DNA of 63,998 nucleotides, the filler included, from Vicugna vicugna (Eukaryota): NCBI GenBank assembly GCA_013265495.1. It is 78 parts of 74 records of this genome, joined end to end, with 100 filler letters (N's around TTAATTAATTAA, not from the genome) between each part and the next. Parts side by side here need not be neighbours in the genome. Positions count along the whole stretch, not along the records: positions 25,559 to 26,049 come from PNXW01028512.1; positions 26,150 to 27,359 come from MU063280.1; positions 27,460 to 27,859 come from PNXW01028515.1; positions 27,960 to 28,489 come from PNXW01028520.1; positions 28,590 to 29,123 come from PNXW01028523.1; positions 29,224 to 29,960 come from PNXW01028525.1; positions 30,061 to 30,911 come from PNXW01028532.1; positions 31,012 to 31,760 come from PNXW01028533.1; 70 more parts are not named here. One strand, given 5' to 3'. Each line of letters opens with the position of its first letter. Position 1 is the stretch's first letter. Both the position numbers and the translations under genes were made by a program. Below the pieces are notes generated by a model. It did no database searches and was not told the origin of the DNA. It worked only from the letters and a program-made list of their open reading frames with translations. Shown here piece by piece: positions 25,559-38,120 of this stretch.

Positions 25559-26049
25559 TATGTAAATTACATATCTAGTAGGTTCAAATCGCTCCAGAAG
25601 TATATTTCTGTGAAAAATACACGAAACTGGTGTAAGGGAAAGCTTGTGAAAATGTGTACACGATTCTAGATGAAAATATTCCTTTTACTGAGGATGAAAG
25701 ATGAGTTATCCACATGCTCTCAACTCAGGAATGCATGCTTGTGGAATCTGTAATGCATGAAACATGTTCAGAATACGGAATGTCATGGTTATGTAAACAA
25801 TGTTAATTACATGTGTCTGGTGAGCATTTGCTCAAAGATTTTTTTATAAATATCTGATTTTAGATACTGGTGATAGAAACAACCTATGAAGTCACAGTAA
25901 ATATTTCTAAGTGTATATATGCCTTGTTTGGTGGATGAAAGATTAGTAATCCACATTCTCGCAACTCAGAAATGCATGTTTGTCGAATCCACATTGCATG
26001 TACCATGTATGGAACCCGAAATGCCTTGTTGATCGAATTAATGTAAATT
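25559..26049. repeat. SatC
   Basis: atccacatgctctcaactcaggaatgcatg. Confidence 0.9.
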
Positions 26050-26149
26050 NNNNNNNNNNNNNNNNNNNNNNNNNNNNNNNNNNNNNNNNNNNNTTAATTA
26101 ATTAANNNNNNNNNNNNNNNNNNNNNNNNNNNNNNNNNNNNNNNNNNNN

Positions 26150-27359
26150 GATTTTAGAACCTGGTGATACAAAAAATTTATGAAGTCACAATAAAAATTT
26201 CAAAGTGTTATTTGTGCCTTCTTTGGTGGATGAAAGTTCACTAATCCACATGCTCACAACCCAGAAACGCATGTTTGCTGAATCCGTCATGCGTGTAGCA
26301 TTTACGGAATCCGGAATGCACTGTTGATGGAATGCATTTAAATTACGTATCTCTTAGGTGGAAATCGCTCNNNNNNNNNNNNNNNNNNNNNNNNNNNNNN
26401 NNNNNNNNNNNNNNNNNNNNNNNNNNNNNNNNNNNNNNNNNNNNNNNNNNNNNNNNNNNNNNNNNNNNNNNNNNNNNNNNNNNNNNNNNNNNNNNNNNNN
26501 NNNNNNNNNNNNNNNNNNNNNNNNNNNNNNNNNNNNNNNNNNNNNNNNNNNNNNNNNNNNNNNNNNNNNNNNNNNNNNNNNNNNNNNNNNNNNNNNNNNN
26601 NNNNNNNNNNNNNNNNNNNNNNNNNNNNNNNNNNNNNNNNNNNNNNNNNNNNNNNNNNNNNNNNNNNNNNNNNNNNNNNNNNNNNNNNNNNNNNNNNNNN
26701 NNNNNNNNNNNNNNNNNNNNNNNNNNNNNNNNNNNNNNNNNNNNNNNNNNNNNNNNNNNNNNNNNNNNNNNNNNNNNNNNNNNNNNNNNNNNNNNNNNNN
26801 NNNNNNNNNNNNNNNNNNNNNNNNNNNNNNNNNNNNNNNNNNNNNNNNNNNNNNNNNNNNNNNNNNNNNNNNNNNNNNNNNNNNNNNNNNNNNNNNNNNN
26901 NNNNNNNNNNNNNNNNNNNNNNNNNNNNNNNNNNNNNNNNNNNNNNNNNNNNNNNNNNNNNNNNNNNNNNNNNNNNNNNNNNNNNNNNNNTTTGGTGGAT
27001 GAAAGTTCACTAATCCACATGCTCACAACTCAGAAACTCATGTTTCTCGAATCCATCATGCATGTATCATGTACAGAACCCGGAATGCCATGTTGATGGA
27101 ATTCATGTAAATTATATATCTATTAGGTTGAATACACTCCAGAAGTATTCTTCTGTAAAAAACGCACGAATTCGAAACTTGTGTTAGGGAAAGCTTGTGA
27201 AAATGTTTACACGAGTCTATATGAAATTATTCCTTTTATAGTGGATGAAAAATCAGTAATCCACATGCTCTCAACTCAGGAATGCATGTTTGTCGAATCC
27301 GTCATTCATGTGAAATGTACGGAACACGGAATATCATGTTGAAGGAATCTATTCCAATT
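26150..27359. repeat. SatC
   Basis: tttggtggatgaaagttcactaatccacatgctc on both sides of the gap. Confidence 0.92.
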
Positions 27360-27459
27360 NNNNNNNNNNNNNNNNNNNNNNNNNNNNNNNNNNNNNNNNN
27401 NNNTTAATTAATTAANNNNNNNNNNNNNNNNNNNNNNNNNNNNNNNNNNNNNNNNNNNN

Positions 27460-27859
27460 AACCATCCTTCACTGCTGGTGGCAATGCAGATTGGTGCAGC
27501 CACTATGGAAAACAGGATGGAGAATCCTCAAAAGCCTAGGAATAGACTTACCATTTGACCCAGGAATCCCACTCCTGGGCATAAATCCAGAAGAAACCCT
27601 ACTTCAGAATGACACCTGCACCCCATTTTTCTTAGCCAGGAATATTTACAATAGCCAAGACATGGAAAAAGCCTAAAAGTCCATCGACAGTTGACTGGAT
27701 AAAGAAGAGGTGGTATATTTATACAATGGAATACTAGTCAGCCATATAAAATGACAACATAATGAGCCATATAAAAACATAATGCCATTTTCAGCAACAC
27801 GGATATTCCTGGAGAAAATCAGTCTAAGTAAAGTAAGCCAGGAAGAGAAAGAAAAATAC
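27460..27859 (+). mobile_element. LINE-1 ORF2 end / 3'UTR, lineage-specific type
   Basis: Translates to [30 protein letters not shown], the L1 ORF2 C-terminus. Confidence 0.92.
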
Positions 27860-27959
27860 NNNNNNNNNNNNNNNNNNNNNNNNNNNNNNNNNNNNNNNNN
27901 NNNTTAATTAATTAANNNNNNNNNNNNNNNNNNNNNNNNNNNNNNNNNNNNNNNNNNNN

Positions 27960-28489
27960 ATTACGTGGAAATCGCTCCAAAACAATTTTTCTGTGAAAAA
28001 TGCATGGATTCGAACCTGGTAATAGGGAAAGCTAGTGAAAATGTGTACACGTGTCTAGATGAAAATATTCCATTTATAGAGGATGAAAGATTAGTAATCC
28101 ACATGCTCTCAACTCAGGAATTCATGTTTGTCAAATCAGTCATGTATGTAGCATGTAATGAACAGGGACTATCATGTAGATGAAATCTATTCAAATTACA
28201 TATCTCTAGGTTAAAATTCGCTCCAAGAAGGTTTTTCTGGGATCAAAGTGTGATTCTTGACACTGGTGATAGGAAGAAGGTATGAAGTCAAAGTAAATAT
28301 TTCAGAGTGCATAGGTAACATGTTTGGTGGTTGAAACATCAGTAACATCAGTCAATGTTCACAACTCAGAAATGCATGTTTGAGGAGTCCGTGATGCATG
28401 AAACATATTCGTAGTAAGAAATGCCATGGTTATGTAAACAATGAAAATTACATGTGTATTGGTTAGATTTCGCTCAAAGAGTGTTTTCT
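27960..28489. repeat. SatC
   Basis: Same monomer motifs as 31861-32777, reverse orientation. Confidence 0.92.
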
Positions 28490-28589
28490 NNNNNNNNNNN
28501 NNNNNNNNNNNNNNNNNNNNNNNNNNNNNNNNNTTAATTAATTAANNNNNNNNNNNNNNNNNNNNNNNNNNNNNNNNNNNNNNNNNNNN

Positions 28590-29123
28590 TTACTTCTGAA
28601 TGGAAGAGAAAATAAGGGACACACTAATATGAGTTTAGAAAGCTGTGGAAGGCTTTTGGAAGAGGAAACCTGAGGAAAGAGTTTTGTACGTGGTCAGAAT
28701 TGGCTAAGTTTAGAATCAAATTGGGCAACGTAAATGAATCTTAGAAGTAAGCTGGTACAATATTAGATTTGGTTTTCTCTCTGTTAAGAGGAAAAAATTT
28801 TCTTAAAATGTTAATCCACCTTCAGTAACAGATTGTAAAACTTCTTATACCACTTAGCTGATCTGTTCTGCCTTTACCTTTGAAGTATTTTCTTGTTAAT
28901 GAATTAGTACTACTTTACAGTGATCTATATTTTTATCTGACCAAGTGTTCTGAAAACTTATCCCCAAATATCAAATTCTAATTAAAGTTCTTTTAATCTC
29001 TAGTTAAATTTGGGATGCTACAGAGAGCCCCTGAAACATCCCAAAGAGAGATTTTTAAACTAGTATGTTTCATTTGGTATTTTAAATAACATGGTATTGT
29101 CAAATGAATCATAAAACTTCTAA
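28590..29123 (+). mobile_element. ERV1 (MER4-group-like) internal region
   Basis: gtggtcagaattggctaag and gcccctgaaacatcccaaagagag resemble non-autonomous ERV1 internal sequence (from memory). Confidence 0.5.
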
Positions 29124-29223
29124 NNNNNNNNNNNNNNNNNNNNNNNNNNNNNNNNNNNNNNNNNNNNTTAATTAATTAANNNNNNNNNNNNNNNNNNNNN
29201 NNNNNNNNNNNNNNNNNNNNNNN

Positions 29224-29960
29224 TTTATCAGATTTATAACAAAAACTGGAATTGTGGCTACATATAATTTCCTATTTCTAGTTTCCTTAACACTGTCCAC
29301 AGTTTTATAATAGTGGATGCATCAATTTATATTTCCACCAACATTGTACCTGGGTTCCCTTTTATTGACATTCATATTAATGTTTGTCATTTGAAGACTT
29401 TTTTTAATAGCCATTTTGGTTGCTGTGAGATTATAATTCATTCTGGTATTGATTTATGGTTTCTTAATTAATAGCAACATTATGTTTCTTTTTATGTACA
29501 TGAAAATCATCCACATGTCTGTTTTTGAAAATCCATGAAGACAACTGTTTTTAAGTTGTGGTCTTTTTTAAATAATGAGTTTAATATGCTATGTATACAT
29601 AATGGATAATAACACCTTGTTGGTTTCATAGTCTGAAACTCTTCCTTCTATTCTGTGTATTGTCATAAGTCCTGCTGAAGGTTTCCTTTGCTATGCAAAT
29701 GGTTTTGCATTTCACAATTATACAAGAAGTGGAATCACTGTATCCCATATTACATCTATTTTTTCCTCAGTATAATTAAAAAGTTATTGTTAATTTTCCT
29801 TTTTTTGTTACTTAGTAGATAGATCAAAAATACATATTGCAAAGATTTATCACAAAGGCACTTCTGCTCCTGTTTTTGTTCAGAGATTGTACAGTTTCAA
29901 GTTTTACATTTAGGGAATTAATCCATTTCTATTTTATTTTGTATTCTATGGAAAGAAGGG
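29224..29960 (-). mobile_element. LINE-1 ORF2 fragment, decayed; paralogous to 6504-6965
   Basis: ggtttcctttgctatgcaaa, tttacatttagggaattaatccattt. Confidence 0.8.
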
Positions 29961-30060
29961 NNNNNNNNNNNNNNNNNNNNNNNNNNNNNNNNNNNNNNNN
30001 NNNNTTAATTAATTAANNNNNNNNNNNNNNNNNNNNNNNNNNNNNNNNNNNNNNNNNNNN

Positions 30061-30911
30061 TGCATTGGCTAATACTTGGTATTAGAGCCGAAACCAAACG
30101 TTCCCCTGCACTCCAGCATAGGCAAAACATCAGGAAAGGCAAGTTAAGGGATTCAAGAACACAAGCGCTGCTGACAGTAGGAGGAACTTCCCAAAACTCA
30201 GGATTCCGGAACCCAACAATTTGTGGCGGGTATATGTGGAGCCAAAATCCAAGTAGATGAATGGGGTCACACTTGTTCCCCATTAGGGAGAAGTCCTCTA
30301 AATACTTCCACATTCCATCGGGGGGCAGTGGCTGCTACTTGGCCTCCAAGCCAAACTCCCAGCTTTCCCTCTAAGCCCGGCCTAGGGAAAAACTCAAGGA
30401 AAACAATCTAATTGATTCTATTAGATCCCAGGCGCTGCTGTCATTTGGAGGATCCTCCCCACAATCAGGATAACTGAGCACGTCTCCGTGTAGCTGCAGG
30501 GGCAGTGTCCACTCATCTATATGGGGGCACAGGTGTTCCAAGTTTTGGGAAGTTGTTTCAAATCCTGCACTGCCCACAGAGATGCACTGTCTAATACTTA
30601 GCTTTAGAGCCCATCCCCCACCATCGCTCACTGCTAGGCCTAGGAAAACACTTAGGGAAGTCAAGCTAAGGGATACTACTCGAACCCAGGTGCTGCTGTC
30701 AGTTGGAGGAACCTCCCCACACTCAGAACACCAGAACACTTCTTCGTGTGTGTGCTGGATGTAGGGAAACAGAGTCAAAGCATGTTTCAGGGGGCACAGT
30801 TATTTCATGGTTGTAGTTTGTAGGTTAAACTCCCACATCCCATGGATAGGCTCTCGCTAATAGTAAGTTTAGAGCCCAATCCCAACTTTCCCCCGCACAC
30901 CGGCCATGGAA
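30061..30911. repeat. SatD, reverse orientation, parts of four monomers
   Basis: gctgctg anchors at 30167, 30434 and 30692. Confidence 0.9.
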
Positions 30912-31069
30912 NNNNNNNNNNNNNNNNNNNNNNNNNNNNNNNNNNNNNNNNNNNNTTAATTAATTAANNNNNNNNNNNNNNNNNNNNNNNNNNNNNNNNN
31001 NNNNNNNNNNNCATATTCCTTCCAAAAATGCATTACCTGGCCTTTTCCACCCCAAACCACATACAGTGT

Positions 31070-31150
31070 TATTTCTTTGTTTTTTGATTGTTTGTTTGTT
31101 TGACCCTTAATGGAGACACTGCTTATTGAACCCAGGATCTTGTGCATAAT
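31070..31150 (-). mobile_element. Decayed tRNA-derived SINE (camelid type)
   Basis: ttaatggagacactgcttattgaacccaggatcttgtgcat is an antisense B-box region preceded by a T-rich tail. Confidence 0.5.
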
Positions 31151-31860
31151 TGTACTTATCAACATCATTTTGGAACACTTAACAGAAGACACAAGTGAAT
31201 GGATTATAAAGATGTAAAGAAAATTTATTGCTTCTAGGGAATGAAAAACCTCTGATTGAAAGAATGGCAAAAATAAACATTTGTAAATATACAATAAGAT
31301 TTTCTCTTATGTAATTTTAGAGTAGATTATTAAATTAAATTTGTTTTACTTATAGAAATGAATTACAATTTAAAACAAAAATTCCGCCTTATGGGATTTC
31401 TTAATTTGATGCATTATTTTATCTTATTTTATTTCATAATTATTAAACATTTATTTATATACAAAACAAATAAACTGACATTTAATCTGCTCATGTTTTG
31501 AATATTGAATTACTTCTTATATAGTACACAGATAAATACGTATTTCAATTTCCTAATCAAATTATGTTTCACTTTAATTACAAATGATATAGAAATAAAT
31601 ATATTTTCTGTACATGTTTTACACGAATTTCACTTTAAATTCCAAAACTTTAAAATTATTCTATATATTTTGTTCAATATTTATACTCTGTTCACAAATC
31701 TGGTATAAATTTTCATACAAAAGTATGGAGATTGGTTTTATTTCATAGACCCCAAAATTANNNNNNNNNNNNNNNNNNNNNNNNNNNNNNNNNNNNNNNN
31801 NNNNTTAATTAATTAANNNNNNNNNNNNNNNNNNNNNNNNNNNNNNNNNNNNNNNNNNNN

Positions 31861-32777
31861 GCTACATACATGACGGATTAGACAAAAATGCATTCCTGAG
31901 TTGAGGGTATCTGGATTACAAATTTTTCATCCTCTATAAAAGGAATATTTTCATCTAGACACGTGAACACATTTTCACAAGCTTTCCCTAGCACCACTTT
32001 GGAATTCGTGCTTTTTTCACAGAAAAATACTTCTGGAGCGATTTCCACCTAACAGATATGTAATTTACATGAATTCCATCAACATGGCATTCCGGGATCT
32101 GTACATGCTACATGCATGACAGATACGAAAACATGATTCTTTGAGTTGTGAGCATGAGGATTATTGAACTTTCATCCACCATACAAGGCATATATATACT
32201 TAGAATTATTTACTCTGACTTCATAGGTTTTTTCTATCACCAGGATCTAAAATCTGACATTTGATACCAGAAAAAAAAAAAAGAATTCTCACCAATACAC
32301 ATGTAATTTACATTGTTTACATAACCATGGAATTCGGTATAACGAACATGTTTCATGCATCACGAATTCCTCAAACATGCATTTCTGAGTTGTGAACATC
32401 TGCATGACTGATGTTTCAACCACCAAACAAGTTACCTATGCACTCTGAAATATTTAATTTGACTTGGTAGCATCATCTTTTCACCAGTTTCAAGAATCAA
32501 ACTTTGATCCCACAAAAACACTCTTAAAGCGAATTCTACCCTAGACATATGTAATTTGAATAGATTCCATCTACAAGATATTCCGTGTTTTGTGCATGCT
32601 ACATATATGACGGATTCGACAAACATACATTCCTGAGTTGAGGTCATCTGGATTACCAATCTTTCATCCTCTATAAATGGAATATTTTCATCTGGACACG
32701 TGTACACATTTTAACATGCTTTCTTTAACACTAGGTTCTAATTCGTGCATTTTTCACAGAAAAATTGTTATGGAGCG
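31861..32777. repeat. SatC, complete ~737-bp trimer
   Basis: Monomer anchors at 31861, 32107, 32350 and 32598; the fourth matches the first. Confidence 0.95.
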
Positions 32778-32877
32778 NNNNNNNNNNNNNNNNNNNNNNN
32801 NNNNNNNNNNNNNNNNNNNNNTTAATTAATTAANNNNNNNNNNNNNNNNNNNNNNNNNNNNNNNNNNNNNNNNNNNN

Positions 32878-33979
32878 CTAAATTTTATATTCTGTATTCC
32901 ATAATCTGCATTCCGTATTCTATATTATATATTCTGTGTTCTAACTTCTATATTCCAAATTTTATATTCAGTATTCTGTATTCTATATTCTAAATTCTGT
33001 GTTCTGCATTCCATATTCAAAATTCTCTATTCTATATTCTATATTCTGTGATCTACTTTCTGTATTCTAAATACAATATTCAGTATTCTGTATTCTNNNN
33101 NNNNNNNNNNNNNNNNNNNNNNNNNNNNNNNNNNNNNNNNNNNNNNNNNNNNNNNNNNNNNNNNNNNNNNNNNNNNNNNNNNNNNNNNNNNNNNNNNNNN
33201 NNNNNNNNNNNNNNNNNNNNNNNNNNNNNNNNNNNNNNNNNNNNNNNNNNNNNNNNNNNNNNNNNNNNNNNNNNNNNNNNNNNNNNNNNNNNNNNNNNNN
33301 NNNNNNNNNNNNNNNNNNNNNNNNNNNNATTTATTCAGTATTATGTATACTATATTCTATATTCTCTGTTCTACATTCAATTTTTTTAATTGTTTATTAA
33401 GTATTCTTTATACTATATTCTAAATTCAGTGTTCTGCATTCCATGTTGTGAATTCTGGGTTCTATATTCTCTTTTCTATATTCTATATTCTGTGTTCTTC
33501 ATTGTATATTCTAAATTCTATAGTAAGCATTCTGTATTCTGTATTCTAAATTTTGTGTTCTACATTCTATATTCTAAATTCTATTTTCAGTATTATGTAT
33601 TCTATAATCTAAATTCTCTGTTCCGCATTCGATGTTCTAAATTCTCTATTCTTTATTCTATATTCTGTGTTCTTCTTTCTATATTCTAAATTCTATATTC
33701 AGTATTCTGTATTCTATATTGTAAATTCTATTTTCAGTATTATGTATTCTATAATCTAAATTCTCTGTTCCGCATTCGATGTTCTAAATTCTCTATTCTT
33801 TATTCTATATTCTGTGTTCTTCTTTCTATATTCTAAATTCTATATTCAGTATTCTGTATTCTATATTGTAAATTCTATATTCTACCTTCCATGTTCTAAA
33901 TTCTCTTTTGTATATTCTCTTTTTATATATTCTGTATTTTACGTACTTCATTCTATATTCTATAATCTATATTTTGCAT
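32878..33979. repeat. SatE, reverse orientation, with a 147-bp duplication
   Basis: ctattttcagtattatg at 33581 and 33728. Confidence 0.95.
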
Positions 33980-34079
33980 NNNNNNNNNNNNNNNNNNNNN
34001 NNNNNNNNNNNNNNNNNNNNNNNTTAATTAATTAANNNNNNNNNNNNNNNNNNNNNNNNNNNNNNNNNNNNNNNNNNNN

Positions 34080-34865
34080 TGAGTTTGCAACTGAGAAGAA
34101 ACACTGTGTTCCCAAAAAGCTACAAAAAGGACGGCTTTCACACAATTATCTCTCAGAACTGAGCATGTGGAAAGACGTTCGTACATCCAGCACAAAGGGA
34201 ACGGGTTGCAGGAGAAACACTTACTCTGGTTTCTCAGTCTGTTTCCTAGTGCCGGTTTGAAGTGCCTGCGGTTTTCACTGTAAAGCGGTTTGCACTGTAA
34301 AAAAGAGTTGGAGCTTGTTCCTCCCCATATATATGTATGGAGTGGAGTTTGCAACTGACAAGAAACTTTGTGTTCCCTTCAGGCTAGGTGAAGGACGGCA
34401 TTAACACACACTTATCTCTCAGAACTGAGCGTGTGGACAGACGTTCGTTCACACAGCACAAAGGGAACAGGTTGCAGTAGAAACAATTACTCTGGTTCTC
34501 ATTCTGTTTCCTAGTGCCGGTTTGAAGTTCCTGCGGTTTGCACTGTAAAACCCTGTTGGAGCTTGTCCCTCCTCATATATTTATGGAGTGGAGTTTGCAA
34601 CTGAAAGAAACTTTGTGTTCCCTTCAAGCTAGGTGAAGGACGGCATTAACACACACTTATCTCTCAGAACTGAGCATGTGGAGAGACGTTCGTTCATCCA
34701 GCACAAAGGGAACGGGTTGCAGGAGAAACACTTACTCTGGTTTCTCAGTCTGTTTCCTTGTGTCGGTTTAAAGTTCCTGCGGTTTGCACTGTAAAACCCT
34801 GTTGGAGCTTGTCCCTCCTCATATATTTATGGAGTGGAGTTTGCAACTGAAAGAAACTTTGTGTT
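34080..34865. repeat. SatA
   Basis: About three monomers of the 249-bp family. Confidence 0.95.
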
Positions 34866-34965
34866 NNNNNNNNNNNNNNNNNNNNNNNNNNNNNNNNNNN
34901 NNNNNNNNNTTAATTAATTAANNNNNNNNNNNNNNNNNNNNNNNNNNNNNNNNNNNNNNNNNNNN

Positions 34966-35444
34966 GAGCTTGTGGATTAGTGATCTTTCATCCACCAACA
35001 AGGCATATATTCACTTAGTAATATTTACTCTGACATCATATTTTTTTCTATCAGCAGGTCTTATAATAGGACATTAGGCACCAGAAAAAACTCTTTGAGC
35101 GAATTCTCAACAATACACATGTAATTAACATTGTTTAAATAACCTTGGCATTCCGCATTCCGAACATGTTTCATGCATCACGGATTCCTCAAACATGCAT
35201 TTCTGAGTTGTGAGCATGCGCATGACTGATGTTTCAACCACCAAACAAGTTTCCTATACGCTTTGAAATATTTACTTTTACTTATTACTTTGACATCATC
35301 TTCCTATCACCAGTTTCAAGAATCACAATTTGACCCCAGAATACCTTCTTGGAGCGAAATCTACCCTTGTGATACGAAATTTGAGTAGATTCCAACAAAA
35401 TGACATTCCGGTTTCTGTACATATTTCATGCATGACGAATCTGG
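34966..35444. repeat. SatC
   Basis: Monomers A and B. Confidence 0.9.
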
Positions 35445-35544
35445 NNNNNNNNNNNNNNNNNNNNNNNNNNNNNNNNNNNNNNNNNNNNTTAATTAATTAA
35501 NNNNNNNNNNNNNNNNNNNNNNNNNNNNNNNNNNNNNNNNNNNN

Positions 35545-36357
35545 TTCAACACATAATATAGAATATAGAATACAGAAATAAAATGTAGATTTCAGAATTT
35601 AGAACACAGAATATAAAATATAGAATGCAGAATAGAGCACCCAGAAGTTACAACATGGAATCCAGAACACAGAATTTACAATATAGAATACAGTATATAG
35701 AATTTTGAATATAGAATGTAGAACACAGAATATAGAATATAGAATACATAATAGAGAATGTAGAATACAAGTTTCAGAAACCAGAATTTAGAACATGGAA
35801 TCAGAACACAATTTAGAATTTAGAATACAGAATACAGAATATCGAATGTAGAAGAGCGGATGTAGAACACAAAATATAGAATACAGAATACAAAACCCTG
35901 AATTCAGAACTTGGAATGCAGAACACAGAATGCAGAATATAGAATAGAGAATATAGAATGTAGAACACAGAATAAAGTGTATAAAATACAGAATTAAGAA
36001 CCCAGAATTTAGAACATGGAAATCAGAACACAGGATATAGAATATAGAAGAAAGAATACAGAATATAGAATGTAGAATATAGAATATAGAACACAAAATA
36101 TAGAATATAGAAAAAAGAATACAGAACCCAGAAATTAGAACATGGAATTCAGAACACAGGCTATAGAATATAGGGTTCACAATATACAAAGTAGAATAAA
36201 AATGTAGAAACAGAATATACAGAATACAGAACACAGAATTTAGAAAATAAACTGCATAACACAGAGTATAGAATATAAAATACAGAATATATAACCTAGA
36301 AAATAGGCATGAAACACAGAACACAGAGTATAGGTTATAGAATACAGAATTCAGAAT
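35545..36357. repeat. SatE
   Basis: 7-nt periodicity. Confidence 0.95.
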
Positions 36358-36457
36358 NNNNNNNNNNNNNNNNNNNNNNNNNNNNNNNNNNNNNNNNNNN
36401 NTTAATTAATTAANNNNNNNNNNNNNNNNNNNNNNNNNNNNNNNNNNNNNNNNNNNN

Positions 36458-37324
36458 CAGGGGAGACGAGCTTAAGCATTCCGATAGGACACACGCGCTG
36501 CCGACCGTTGGTGGATCCTCCCGACCCTCAGGATCCCGGAAATATTGTCAGTGCGTGGGGGAGCTCGAGAGACAACTCCACGCAGCTCTCTTCAGTCACA
36601 GGTGTTCCCTATTCGGGGAAGCCCGAGAAATACGTTCACTGAACTTGGGGAGGNNNNNNNNNNNNNNNNNNNNNNNNNNNNNNNNNNNNNNNNNNNNNNN
36701 NNNNNNNNNNNNNNNNNNNNNNNNNNNNNNNNNNNNNNNNNNNNNNNNNNNNNNNNNNNNNNNNNNNNNNNNNNNNNNNNNNNNNNNNNNNNNNNNNNNN
36801 NNNNNNNNNNNNNNNNNNNNNNNNNNNNNNNNNNNNNNNNNNNNNNNNNNNNNNNNNNNNNNNNNNNNNNNNNNNNNNNNNNNNNNNNNNNNNNNNNNNN
36901 NNNNNNNNNNNNNNNNNNNNNNNNNNNNNNNNNNNNNNNNNNNNNNNNNNNNNNNNNNNNNNNNNNNNNNNNNNNNNNNNNNNNNNNNNNNNNNNNNNNN
37001 NNNNNNNNNNNNNNNNNNNNNNNNNNNNNNNNNNNNNNNNNNNNNNNNNNNNNNNNNNNNNNNNNNNNNNNNNNNNNNNNNNNNNNNNNNNNNNNNNNNN
37101 NNCAGTCACAGGTGTTCCCTGTTCGGGGAAGTCTGAGAAATACCTTCCCTGAACTTGGGGAGTCAACCTCTGACACTGGGATATCCTGCAATCACGCCTA
37201 GCATTCCCTGGCACAGAGATATTAGGAAAAACCTCAGGGGAGACGAGATTAGACATTCCGTTAGAACCCACGCGTTGAAGTCGGTTGGTGGAACCTAACC
37301 ACGCTCAGGATTCCGGAACCATTC
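36458..37324. repeat. SatB
   Basis: gagctcgagagacaactccacgcagctctcttcagtcacagg. Confidence 0.93.
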
Positions 37325-37424
37325 NNNNNNNNNNNNNNNNNNNNNNNNNNNNNNNNNNNNNNNNNNNNTTAATTAATTAANNNNNNNNNNNNNNNNNNNN
37401 NNNNNNNNNNNNNNNNNNNNNNNN

Positions 37425-37585
37425 CAACAGCAGAGGGGACTATATTCAATATCTTATAATGACCTTTAATGAAAGAGTATGAAAATGAATATATATATAT
37501 ATACACATACATGACTGGGACACTGTGCTGTGCACCAGAAATTGACACACTGTAACTGACTGTACTTCAATTAAAAATATAAAAA
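37425..37585 (+). mobile_element. LINE-1 3' terminus with A-rich tail
   Basis: gcaccagaaattgacacactgtaactgactgtacttcaattaaaaa. Confidence 0.85.
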
Positions 37586-37699
37586 GCAACTACCAACTGA
37601 ACAGAAGACAGGTTCCCTTGGCTCCACGCTCTCCACCAGCTGCACCCCCGCTTTCCTTTCCCTGGTGGAGGGACAGCATCTGCCCAGTACCCCCAACAC

Positions 37700-38020
37700 G
37701 ACCACTCACCTCCTGTCCTTTCAGTCACCGTCTCCCCCCAGCTCTGCTCTTGTCATGAACAATCTGTCATTTTGCAAATCTAGTGGCCACTTCTCCCTTC
37801 TCATCCTGGCTCTGAAGGACCGTCCTCTTGGGTTCCCTCTGACCATGCTGGTTTCACTCTCTCAGTCTGCTGTGCTGTGATCCCCTCCTCTTCCCACGTT
37901 TGGAAATATCCCAGGGGTTAGTCTTTGGTCCTTTTCTGTTTCTATGTCAACATTTGCCCTGAATTATCAAATTTGAATCCCGGAGCTTTAAAACCATCCA
38001 TGTACTTACGGGTCTCCATT
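37700..38020 (+). mobile_element. LINE-2 fragment
   Basis: ttgcaaatctagtggccacttctcccttctcatcct; ccccaggggttagtctttggtcc. Confidence 0.6.
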
Positions 38021-38120
38021 NNNNNNNNNNNNNNNNNNNNNNNNNNNNNNNNNNNNNNNNNNNNTTAATTAATTAANNNNNNNNNNNNNNNNNNNNNNNN
38101 NNNNNNNNNNNNNNNNNNNN

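Noticed and set aside
25760..25790. agaatacggaatg shared by SatC and SatE
   Set aside because: The match is too short and low-complexity to support common ancestry.
35788..36324. Hydrophobic YILYSIF-rich ORFs resembling membrane proteins
   Set aside because: They are translations of the (TATTCTA)n strand of SatE.
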